From: Azolla caroliniana
Taxonomy: Eukaryota; Plantae; Polypodiophyta
Length of the DNA: 64,000 bases
Assembly (NCBI GenBank): GCA_043228905.1
Contig: JBHGNT010000015.1
Location: forward strand, 15,376,001-15,440,000
Direction: 5' to 3'
A program made the translations under genes and the position numbers. The notes beneath the pieces were generated by a model. The model had not been told where the DNA came from. It saw only the letters and a program-made list of their open reading frames with translations, and ran no database searches. Each line of letters begins with the position of its first letter. Within the stretch, counting starts at the first letter, position 1. Shown in pieces: positions 13,047 to 24,900 of the stretch.

Positions 13047-14663
13047 GTTTTGAAGCTTTTGGTTTGTGGATTGTACATAAGTCTTATGGAGTACTAAAAG
13101 AGCCTTATATTATACCCCCCCATTGTCATTAAACATTCACTGTAAAATCCAAACGCAAAAGAAGCATTATAATGGCAAATAGTGCACACACATCAACAAA
13201 TATCACCAGAAATGGAGACTTTGGCACTTAAACAAACTATGTCCTGCTCCAAGTAAGAATGACAAAGATGATGAAGAATGAGAAGAGCAAGAAGGGGAGG
13301 TCTTATGATGAAAGCTTAAAGAGTCTTGTATGGGCTCAATTTCATTAGTTAAGCTTGGCTTTATAAACTTCATAATCGAGAATTACGTGCAAATAATTTA
13401 GCTCTCTTAAAAATGTAAACAAAGATTTAGAATCTTCCATGGCACAATCATATTTGCATCATATTGGTCTTTGTATGCCACATTATGCCGAAGTGTATTC
13501 ACTTGATTAAACCATTAACTTTCCCCCCTTAATCTCAACATATATTTCAACACCATAGTCCCATGACCACTTCCAATGTGTGTTTGATTAAGGCATATAT
13601 ATGTGACAATTGTGGAAATCGAATGAATGGACAAATAATTTCTTACGAAAGAGCAAGGTAAAGGAGGATTAAAAACACATTATATTGATCCAAGAACGCT
13701 CAAGGCATTCACAACAAAAGACAATTCGTGAAGTCTGTGATACAATTTGTGGTAAGCTCCCATATCAAGGGAACCCTAAGTGTGTAAAAGCATGAGGTAG
13801 AATGAGGACTCAAAGACCTATCTAAGCTATCTTACATGGTTTTCACATTAAGTTTAGCTCCCTAATCGACTTAGGCTTATCTCTCTGATTAACTTAGTTT
13901 CATAATCACATATTAATTCAATTAAAATTTCATAATCTTTGTAGTATTCTTTATTTTTATTTTGATAGTTTATCCATAATTTTGTTTTTTGTTTGTTAGT
14001 TCTTTGTACTTATTAGATATCCAATTTGAGTGAGTAGTTAGTACTTAGACGACACAAATTTAAGTATTGACAACAACTTTAAGGAATAATTTTATTCCTT
14101 AAAAGTTTCCCATGTCAACTCACTTTAAGAAAGTTAATTATCCTTAAAGTCCCCTTTAAACTTGTCACTCAATTGAGTCTAGACCTACATTAGAATCTAA
14201 CCTATGCTAGTGTTTGTCTAGTCCTTCATTCTAGTCCAAACTTTAAATAGATTCACTTACGCACTCAAGTGACCACTTCCATATATATGCATTTATCAAA
14301 ATATATGCATTGTAAATAGAAAGCAATGGTTTGTTTAATGAAATATCATATAATGTTTACACTCCTAGATAGATAATTTTTTCCACATAGCCATACATAG
14401 TTTAAAGACCTCACATATCACTCCATGTTAGGTACCTCCCACAGTACCACACGCTCCGAAGGCATGGGCATGGGCATTGTTATTAAAGACCTAGTGTGAG
14501 GCCAAGAGAAAGGGGAATGCCACAAAGTGATTCTAGAACTTTAAGTCTAATGATCACCACAATGTGAAGGAGGATAACCATGATGTAAGCGAGCTATAAA
14601 AGTAATTTTTGTGCATTTTTTCACTTACTCTTGAATATTTAGTTTTATTGTCTCCTTGTAATC

Positions 14664-14700
<37 letters not shown>

Positions 14701-14703
<3 letters not shown>

Positions 14704-15484
14704 AAAAGCACACAATTATATTAATTGTATGTAAAATCCACTTAGTTACAACACTTCTTAGTCTCCTCTACCTATCATATGCCCATGTAGGGAGAGGGAC
14801 GTTCTGTAATGCTACTAAAAAACCTGAATATGCATTTGAGGAAATGATCCCCACATGCTTTAACATCAAAAAATTCCACATGAGAATACCTTTAAGCTTC
14901 TTTATATAGGTTTTCACCCCATGTCTATTATCAAACATGAAAGCATTACACATATTCCAATTGTGTTGTAGACCCCAATAACGTAAAAATTGGAACAATA
15001 TCTCCATCTCATCATTTGATCCATTTTGAACATATTGAGAAAAAACCCATTGTTGAGGTCTCAAACAACAACGGGTTAAAACTTGCCAAATGTCCGATAA
15101 GTACTTCCAAATGGTACATGCTATAGGACATTTAATGAACCTATGTGTACTATCCTCCAATGGAACGTTGCAAAAGAAAAAAGTGCCAGACCCTAGTCCT
15201 CGTCTCTTTAAGGCCGAACCTAATGGGAGCCCGCCAATCATGACTCTCCATATGAATACCTTTGCACGAAATGGTAGATGGGAATGCCAACCACATTGTA
15301 ATATTTTCCACCACCTTGCATCTGACTTATATACATTCCACAACTTCGTTGCTTTAGGAGATAGCCAAGATAATGATGCCATTGCATGATGATACAATAT
15401 ATTTGTAGTGACCTGTAACAAGCGTGTACCATCTTGTAACCACCAATCTACCCAAGGTGCAAAATTGGTTTTCAATGGCAAAGA

Positions 15485-15489
<5 letters not shown>
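14701..15489 (-). mobile_element. 5'-truncated LINE (zf-RVT-like C-terminus) embedded in (TC)n
   Basis: Translation KVFIWRVMIGGLPLGSALKRRG...EDSTHRFIKCPIACTIW...YWGLQHNWNMCNAFMFD is closely related to the ORF at 29280-29783. Bounded by (TC)n at 14668-14700 and 15490-15523; no poly(A). Confidence 0.9.
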
Positions 15490-15523
<34 letters not shown>

Positions 15524-15528
<5 letters not shown>

Positions 15529-15731
15529 CCATGCTTTCCACATCTCTTCGACTGAGCCCAATCCTTGCATGAATTCCTCTCACAACCACAATGTGCACTC
15601 TCGATTGCAACATTCATTGGTAAAGTTCTTGAACATCGAGAGTCACTACTCACTTTCACACGTATCACGTGAAATGTAATATTTTTGGTCTCATAGGTCA
15701 TATTTGACCTCCGAAGACGATAATATAATCT
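15524..15731 (-). repeat. ~210-bp dispersed element copy 2, flanked by (TC)n
   Basis: Reverse complement of 7998-8206; (TC)n at 15490-15523 and about 15741-15760. Confidence 0.92.
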
Positions 15732-17119
15732 ATCTATTTATCTCTCTCTCTCTCTCTCTCATACTTGTGACTCAAGAGTGATTAGTGTTAAGTGCTATTA
15801 AACCAAACACTAATCAATCTTCACTTTGTATATGTTGTGTTTGACCCATCTAATTGAAGCATGGTTAGTCTTATTATGTGTAATCTTCTTACTTGTGCAT
15901 GTAACTAGCACTTAAGCCAAATATGACATTATTGAGGTTCTTACTGAGGTTAATACCTTCGAAAGAGGTGAGTGAGACTTCACAAGATTAGGGCAAGCAC
16001 GTTTAACGACTTCGGGATGCTTGATAACTACTCTCTCTAGACATGCCATCAATGTATTTTAGGCACCCACAATACTAAAGACCCAAACCCCTCAACAGAT
16101 GATATTAGAACAACTCTGACAATACAAAGAAGTGGGCTAAGTGAGTACACCTTGAGCCAACACATCTTTTAGGCATCCACAATACTAAAGACCAAGAGAA
16201 AGGAGAACACAACAAAGTAGTTCTAGAGCCTTATGCCTAATGGTCGATGTAATGTGAAAGAGGACAACCTTAGGAGTTATCCTAAAGATTTTCTCTCTCT
16301 ATCTCTCCCTCTCGAAGGTCACATGAGATTAACGCTAATTGCTCACTTGAAGCCAATTACTAATATTCTAGTTTGTGTGTGTTGATTCTTAATTAACGGA
16401 AGTGTGGTTAACTTGTTTATGTGCAATTTTACACGCTATTAATTTTATGTTAATACTTAAGCCCTACTTGAGGCATTAATTAACTCTTGGTTAAGAGACC
16501 CAAGCAAGTGACGAGCGGAACAATTCAAACAAATCATGGTATATGAGTATTCATAGTTCATGAGAGTGCAACAACCACTTATGCCCCTTTCGTCAACGAA
16601 AGGGTATACAATGATTCACCCCTAACATACAAATTTGGCAAGAAGAGATAACTTCAAATGGAATGAAGACATGCATTCCACGTGACACACCTCGAGATGA
16701 CACATCTCTTATTTTAGCATCATTGGCTTGGAGTTCAATGCCAATGCTTAAAGTCATTGGCAAGCTTTTTATAATTTCATGAGGCAAACTTTGCATATCT
16801 TGGGGAGGAGCAAAGAGTTAAGAAGGATTTTGTAGGTGTCATAATGAGCTTAGAGAGAGACCAAAGAGAGGGGTTTAGGCCTCTTAAACTTAAATTTTAG
16901 TGTTTAGTTAGTTTGTTTTTGATTGGTGTTTTCCTCATTACAAACAAATCTAGGAGTAACTTCCTAATCATTCAATTTTATTTTGTATTTTTCTTTCTTA
17001 ATGTTACCTTTAATTTTAAGTTTTTATTAAGTTTTAGATTTAAATATATACTTAAATTTTCAAATTGAAAGTTCATACTTTTCCCTTCACCAACCAAGGA
17101 GAAAAATAATCAAGACGGT

Positions 17120-20100
17120 CAAATGGTAGTATGGTTGCAGCTAATTTGGCACGATTGGACAGGTTCTATGCTAGTAGCTTTTTTTGGGAAGCTTCTGGAT
17201 CTATGGGGATTATTCTTGGGATGGTAACTTCTGATCATTATCCATTGAAGTTAAACATTGTATTCACCAAAAGGTCCTATCTTAAGCAATTCCGTATCCC
17301 AAACTCATTGCTTGCTGATGAAACTCATAGAGTTTCTGTAGCTCAAATCTGGTCTAAGTATAGCTTCTCTGATGCCTTTCTACTAAGAGATATCACTTAT
17401 GCCATTCTTGATGTCAAGAGTTTCTTCATAAACATAGTTGCCTCTTCGGTTGATTGATGCAGTGCTCAGATTGCTAATTTGCATCGAGCATTGGCTGCAA
17501 CACAAAAGTTATTGGAAAGATACCCAACCTCACCAATGTTACTATCGGATTTACAACAAGTAAAAAGCAATTTAAAAGAAAAGCAACATGCGAGAGGATT
17601 GTATTTCTATCAACGTAATACAACTTCTTGGTCACAGAAGCAGGATAGGGTTAACAAAGAATTCTTCAGTCAATTTAAACAAAAGTATAAAACACTATCT
17701 ATCAAAACCCTAAAACGACTTGATGGTTCTTACACAACGGATGATTCGGAGATGCGAGACATAGCTATGACATATTACCATCAGTTGTTATCTGCTAAAT
17801 CCTTCTCAGAGGAGGACCTTTATAAGAGACAACTTGTACTAGAAACAATATAGCAAAAGGTCACTCATGTAATGGCTTCCCAGTTGCTTCAACCATTTAC
17901 AGATACTGAAGTTTGGACAACGGCTAAGTCCCTGGGAAAAAATGTGTGCCTTGGAAAGGATGCCATAAGAGTGGTATTCTATTTGCACTATTGGAACTTG
18001 TTGGGGCCTACTCTTACTAGAGCAGTTAATTTAATTTTCTCAACAGGGAATATGCCCGAAGAATGGACGGAAGGAATCATATACATGATCCCGAAATCAG
18101 ATATGCATGGATAAAAGGGGTGTCTGCATTATATAGACATGCGTCTAGCTCAGTTTTATTTTTTGGAGGCAATGATACAATATTTCCAATTTCTAGATTT
18201 GTTCGACAAGGTTGTCCGTTAGCACCATTTCTTTTTATTTTATTTGGGGAAGCTTTATCAGCTTTTCTTAGATCCTCAATGACGGCCATCCAAGGAATAG
18301 CCTTACCTATTGCAAACTCAACAGTTCTTGATGCAGAGTTTGCGGATGACACTGCTCTTTATATTCGCGGAGATGTTGTTAATCTTGATCGGGTACATAA
18401 TGCTTTACAGATATTTTCAGATGCTACTGGAGCCTTTCTCAATTGGAATAAATCTATAGGCCTTTGGGCCAGTGATGAACCGCGTCCACAATGGTATCCA
18501 GGCCCTGCATTCCGTTGGCTAAATCATGGGGAGCCGATTCGTTACTTAGGTTGTCTTGTTGGTATAGATTTACCATCTGGAGTGATGCGATCGCCATTGC
18601 TATTATCAATTAAGCGTAAGTTGGTATATTGGGACTCGCAGCAGTTATCCCTTGCAGGTTGGGTTGTCATTGCAAATTTGGTGTTGTTGGCTTCAATGTG
18701 GTTTATCACATTAGCTTGGTTGTTCTCTCGGTTGGCAATCATTAAAGTTCAAAGCCTCATACGTAACTTCCTTTGGGGTGGAAAAAATGGATCTTGTGCA
18801 ATGGCCAAGGTGGCATGGGATGTTTTGATTAGGCCAAAAAGTCAGGGAGGGTTGGCTCTAATAGATCCCTTGATACAATCTCGAGCTCTCTTGATAAAGT
18901 TTGTAGTAAGAGGATTGTTGCCAAGGATAGAGGCATGGAAGGGTATGTTGCTTAATCAGTTGATGCAATTATATCCTAAGACGGGAGGAAACTGGTTGCC
19001 GACTTTGAAATGGATGTTCTTGACAGATATTCAAACACTGAGACGGAATCTAATATCCAATAGATTTCTACCGGGGATTGTCAAAGCATGGGATGCAATC
19101 AAGATTTTTCTACGCAAGGAGATGCCTAACACATGGGATGGTTGGATGAATCCACCGCTTTTGGCTAATTCTCTCATTCGGGATTCTATTGGAAATGTAT
19201 TGGGTCTTAGACCTTGTCTTGCATGGGGAAAACTTGATAATGGGCCAGCAACATCAATAGGATCCTGGATTAATTTTCAGCAGATGCTAGAAGTGGATCG
19301 CCTTAAGCAGTTACATTCGATATATGGGGCAAAGACAATGACAATGGATATTTCAGCAGCCTTCTCTCAGGCCTCATTGCGACTTCAGCCAATGCAGGAG
19401 CATATGTGGTTTGGTTGCCTAATGAATGGCATAATGCTCTTTGTTAAGGGAATTTCTACAGACGGGTGTATTTTTTATTTCCATATTCAATAGGATAATA
19501 AATTGCAGCCTTATACACCCTCTGATAATTTGCTACAAAACCTACTTGTTGTTCCAATTAGGGTGATTGCCAAAACTGGTAAGAAATGGCTCCTGGATCC
19601 ACAACTGTCAATAGCCCATTTGTTGGATATGCTTTGGCTATATGCACACCAGCCAATTAATAGGCTAATGTGGGACCCATTGGGATGATCTTGGACTAGT
19701 CTCATGATGGATCCGATGCAAAAAGTTCCGTTCTTTCAGTATACTGTGAAATTTGGTAGAACCTTACTCATGTCTAAGAATATTCCAACTCCTGCGGCTC
19801 AAAAGCACTGGAATAAGTGGGGTGTATCAAGCAGTCATTTGAAGGCTTATTGGAAATGGATTTGGTCTTTTAGGGGACCAACAAAATACACTCTCTTTAG
19901 ATGGCTTTTTCTACATGTAGCACTATCGGTAGGTCAATCTTTGAAAGGAAACGTGGCACCCGTTCTTAGACAGTGTAGTTATTGTGGTGACTTGCAGGAA
20001 ACTACCAAGCATGCTCTTTGGTCCTGTTCACTAGCTCAACAGGTATGGAATAAATTTCTTTCTTTATTCCTGACAATTAATGTAGGTTGCCTATTCTCCT

Positions 20101-20637
20101 AGGGATCAACGGTATGGGGGGTTCTCCATTCCAGTCTATTATTGTATGAGGTAGATGATGCTCTAGAGGCTACGACTGTCATCAACAGGCATCTAATATC
20201 TGTCTCGCCTTTTCAGCAGCCTCGAAAGCAAATGCGTGCAACCCAAGTATGGAAAACAGTATCCACGGTTACATTATGGACCTTATGGAAGTATTGATGT
20301 AAAAGACGATATGAATCTATAGTACCCCTTCTCTTAGATATATTGCTAGAATTATGGGACAACTTACTGGCGGTAGTGCGTGGGCAGTATGACAATATGT
20401 CGGGCCCTTCGGAGGTTGTTCTTAAGAAAAGGAAAAAATTACTGCAATTATGGAGGAAGTTGCCTCTATTCACGATCTCCTCTCAAGGACCAATCTGGAA
20501 ATATCATCATCCCTGGCCCTTCCCTTGATTATCCTTTTTGTATATAATACTCTCTAAATTGTATAGTTTGTAGCCTTATGGCGTTTTTTCTTAATACTAA
20601 TGAAGGAAATCTTTTTGGAAAAAAATAAAAATAAAAA
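17120..20637 (+). mobile_element. 5'-truncated L1/Tx1-like LINE, degenerate ORF2 (endonuclease C-terminus, RT, zf-RVT), A-rich tail
   Basis: ARLDRFY...SDHYP (APE endonuclease end), VRQGCPLAPFLF and EFADDT (RT), CSYC...ETTKHALWSC (zinc finger); several stops. A-rich tail near 20619-20637; TSD AATCAAGACGGT at 17108-17119 and 20638-20649. Confidence 0.92.
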
Positions 20638-20844
20638 AATCAAGACGGTATGAGGATTTTTTTGATCCCTCCTATATCTTTGAGAGGAGTAAAGACTATT
20701 CAAGAAAATATTCTCTCCTAAAATTTAGTGTTAAATGTCTTTTAGGAAATACTTGAAGAGATTCACTAAAGACTTCAAGCAAAGTTAATATGTGAAGGCT
20801 TCATGCAAGCCAAACACAAAGGCTTCGTACGAAACCAACACCCG

Positions 20845-21095
20845 AAGGGTTTACTCGATTCCTGGAAAAACAATTTAAGCACTAAAAAAATAAAAAATAA
20901 ATTTATATAACGCACAAGGGTTTACTTGATTCTTGGGAAAAAGATTTAAGCACAAAAAAATAAAATAAAAATATTTATATAACACATGTACCTTAAAATA
21001 TAACGTGGGAAGGCATCCTGAACACAAAAATTGAGCATGTGACCAAAAAATATCACGTGGGAAGGCGGAAGTTTTGAGCCTGTGACCAAAAAATA
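20845..21095. repeat. Two short tandem duplications (~70 bp and ~52 bp units)
   Basis: aagggtttact(c/t)gatt...tttatataac twice; cgtgggaaggc...tgtgaccaaaaaata twice. Confidence 0.75.
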
Positions 21096-21724
21096 GGAGT
21101 TGGTATACTGGAATGTAAGTTAGCACGTGACACACTTTAAAGACTCAACAAGGCCAAAGTACAAAAAAAATAATAGGGTAGTTCCACACATTCACATGAA
21201 TAGCCTATGACACAAAGTCGACCACCATCATGAGAAGTTACCCTACAACTGAGACAAATTCTAGGGAAGAATACATACCTTTGTTACCCGTAAGAATATA
21301 TGGGGAGGCATAAGGGTATGTGTAATGATGTGGTTGATGTGTATGTGTAAAGTAAATGAGTATGTGTGAGCACATGCACAATTATGTGCATGTGACAAGA
21401 GTGTAACGGTCGTCTCTTTTGTAACGGTCATTATTTACCGTTACATTATGTATTATATAAACCTCTTATGGGGCATCTAATGGATATACATTTTCCCCCT
21501 CTCATTTTGTGTCACTTCTTATTTTCACTCTCCTTCTTTCTCTCTCTCACGTGACCCCCTTGGGAGGGGGGTGAAGCCATTCTAGGCTTCAGCCCCTACC
21601 CCAACAACAACCTTATTGTGCACCCCAACTCGGAGCTATATATGGCTCTTAAGTCGATCCAAACGTTGGTATCCCTAATGGAGAGGGAATAGCCCCCACA
21701 TTGTGCCCAATGAGTGATAGTGGC

Positions 21725-21827
21725 GTACATGAAAAATTGTAAGCTTTTGGGCACACAAGCGTAAGTTGTAGCATTTACATGTTTTTTCTTAATACTACTG
21801 AGGAAAATCTTTGAAGGAAAAAAAACA
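21725..21827 (+). mobile_element. ~100-bp extremely truncated LINE 3' tail insertion
   Basis: 13-bp TSD GAGTGATAGTGGC at 21712-21724 and 21828-21840; insert ends gttttttcttaatacta...gaaaatctttg...aaaaaaaa, like the 3' end of the 17120-20637 LINE. Confidence 0.85.
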
Positions 21828-21982
21828 GAGTGATAGTGGCAAAAGTGCCCAAATGAGTAAGTTGGTTTTGTAGTTCATGAGATTCAAATACACCTATGCT
21901 CATGAAGAATGTTTCAAATAAATTATGTAGGCTTATGAGCCTCACACAAATGTTACAAATGCCAAAATGAGTAAGTTGGTTC

Positions 21983-24900
21983 TGTTGTAGACAAGGCCGT
22001 CAATGCGGAAGATCAAGTAGCATTCGATTGGGGTTGAGTACCTGCGTATGACAGTTTCCAAGATCGTGCACAGAGATAGAGAGAGGGAGAGAGAGGAGGC
22101 ACACAAGACTCTTTCTATTCAATAGAAACAATAATACAACCAACCTTACAAAAAGGTTACTAGGTCACTTTATATAGTGACCGACTTAGGGCAACTACCA
22201 TTTATGCTAATTACACAAATGGCCCAAACTTGAGCTATACAAAGGGATAGTGTGAATACGTCCATTATACACTTGTATTCGACACTCCCCCGTAATGGGC
22301 GTATACATGGGTTATCTAAGATTACAGGTATAAACCTAGGTTCTCGGACATATCAGTTTTTGTTCGAGTCGGCAGGGTCCGAAGGCAGAAGACCGAACTG
22401 GTCGGGTCGGAAGAGTTGAAGCCGATCATTAAGGAACTGATGTCGGTTGTCCGAAACCATCCTGCGCTGTGTCCGGCTCTAACCGGACTGGTTTGTCGTT
22501 ACGCCCATCTGATGCCGAAGGGACCGAAAGCGGTCTGCCGAAAGACACTTGGTCATTCCATCTGCAACATTGTCGGTTGTGGATATTTTCTCTAGACCGA
22601 TTTTCCCTGAAATGACGCAGTCCCGAACGAAGTGATATCGAACGTCGATATGTTTGGAGGCGTTGTGGTGAACCGGATTTTTCGACAAGGCAACAACACC
22701 TTGACTGTCGCTATAGACAACTGGGGCCGAGTCATGGTCGACTTGTCGAAACGTGTGCGCCAGCCGGCCGAGCCACAAAGCTTCTTTTGCAGCGTCGGAC
22801 GCAGCTACATATTCTGCTTCGGTCGTTGAGGTCGCTGTGCACTCCTGAAGTTTCGACTTCCACGAAATTGCTCCATTGCCGAATTTGAAGCAGTATCCAG
22901 TTGTTGATTTCCGACTGTCTATACAGCCGGCGAAGTCCGAGTCGGTGTAACCGACTACGCCTGAGGTTGAGTTCGGACCGAAAAGAATGCCGTGGTCTTT
23001 TGTGCCAGCCAGATATTTGAACACATGCTTGACTGCGTTCCAATGCGATCGGCCAGGATTGTGCATAAATCTGCTAACGACTCCTACGGCATGAGAAATA
23101 TCAGGCCGTGTCGCGACCATCAGGTACATGAGGGAGCCGACTACCGGTGCATACGGTACCGACTTCATATCTTCCCCCTCCGGACCGGATGTCGGGCAGT
23201 CCCGCTGAGAGAGCCGAAGATTCATGGGGAGCGGGGTTGAAGCAGATTTGGCTGATTGCATGTTGAAGCGTTCCAAGACACGTCCGATATAGTCGGTCTG
23301 AGACAAAAAAAGATGTCGTTTATCGCGATGCCGACTAATCTTCATGCCAAGTATGTGTCGTGCCGGACCGAGGTCCTTCATGGCAAACTTCAACCGCAAT
23401 TGCCGAATGAGATCGGCAAGTTCGCCCGCGTGGCGTCCAGAAATTAGCATGTCGTCCACGTAAATGATGAGGAAGATGGGTGATCCATCTTGAGCTGTGT
23501 TGGTAAAAAGACAATGGTTCTCATCGCTTTTTGAGAAGCCGATCGATTGGATGAAGTCGTCGAACTTCTTGTACCATTGTCGCGGTGCCTGTTTGAGGCC
23601 GTATAGACTCTTCCTGAGTCGGCAGACTAGATGTTCTTGGCCAGTTGCCACGAAGCCTTGTGGCTGCTCCATATAAATTTCCTCTTCAAGATCACCATGG
23701 AGGAAGGCTGTTTTGACATCTAGCTGAATCAGCTCCAAGTTGTCGGCTGCCACTACGCCGAGTAGAAAACGAAGGGTTGTCATTTTCACCACTGGTGAAA
23801 AAATCTCGTCGAAGTCGACGCCATATTCTTGTCGGAAGCCCTTCGCAACTAATCTAGCCTTGTACTTTGGGGTGGTCGAATCAGACGTCTCTTTTAGTCG
23901 ATAGACCCACTTGCAAGGAAGAGCACGTCGATTCTTAGGTAATTCGACCAGATCCCAAGTCTTGTTTGCCCGAATGGAGTTCATTTCCGACTCCATCGCC
24001 AGATGCCAGGTGGCTGAATCGACAGATGTCGATGCTTCTTCGTAAGATGTCGGTTCGCCGGCGTCGGTGAAGAAAATTCCAGGAGAATACCTCTCCGGAG
24101 GTTGCGACAGTCTTTCGGATCGTCGAGGTATGATTGGACTGGTCGTATCGGGTATCGAGGTCGGATGGTCCGAAAGCGAATTATTCTGCTGTGCCGAGTC
24201 AGAGTTGTCCGAGTCGGTAGTGTAAGGTTCAGCTACCCGTGAAGCTGACCGTGTGTTGAGAGCGGGGCTTTCTTGAAGGGTCGGCACATCGGAAAATGTT
24301 ACCCTTCGGACTTCGATCGGTGTTTCGACTGATGGATTCATAGCCGACTCGTTGAACACAACGTCCGAACTTCGAACGATTTGTCTGCGTTCGGGGTCCC
24401 AGAGTCGGTATCCCATTTCGCCGTCTGATCCATATCCAAGGAAAATGCATTTCCTGGACCGAGGTGCAAGTTTTCGGCGATCATCTTTCGGAATAAGGGC
24501 GTACGCCTCGCATCCGAAAATCCTCAGCTTGTCGTAATTCGGCTTACTGCCGATCCATAGTTCCTGAGGAATTTGAAGTCCTAGAGGTCTGCTTGGCGAC
24601 ATATTGATTATGTGTACTGCCGTGAGTAGAGCCTCTGCCCAGAAGCCATCCGACAGTCCGGAGTGTTGGAGCATGGAAACTATCCGTTCTTGGATTGTCC
24701 GATTCATGCGTTCTGCAATCCCGTTTTGCTCCGGACTGTGTGGTGCCGTAAATTCACGTCGGATGCCGCGTTGTCGGCAGAATTTGACGAATTCTTCTGA
24801 TTTGAACTCTCCCCCATTGTCGGTCCGAAAGCATTTCAGTTTTCGGTCAGTTTGATTTTCTACCATAGCGAGCCAATCGGAGAAGATCGAGAAGACACGA

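Larger units (their letters stand above)
10880..13260 (+). pseudogene. Degenerate CACTA/En-Spm transposase remnant (DUF4218- and DUF4216-like), interrupted by a LINE fragment and a solo LTR
   Basis: From 10922 the frame reads ELSEILCLIEKEMHGYFFDVQMHVLIHLIDEIDLASVGNT*WTLWVERFTCVLK, matching the CACTA motif LCxLEKxFPPSFFDxxxHLLxHLVxEIxLxGPxxxRWMxxxERxMxxLK. Further fragments near 12090-12290 and EPYIIP near 13100. Multiple stops. Confidence 0.75.

Noticed and set aside
21301-21610. Possible gypsy LTR after a PPT-like tggggaggca
   Set aside because: No matching second LTR or TSD in the window.
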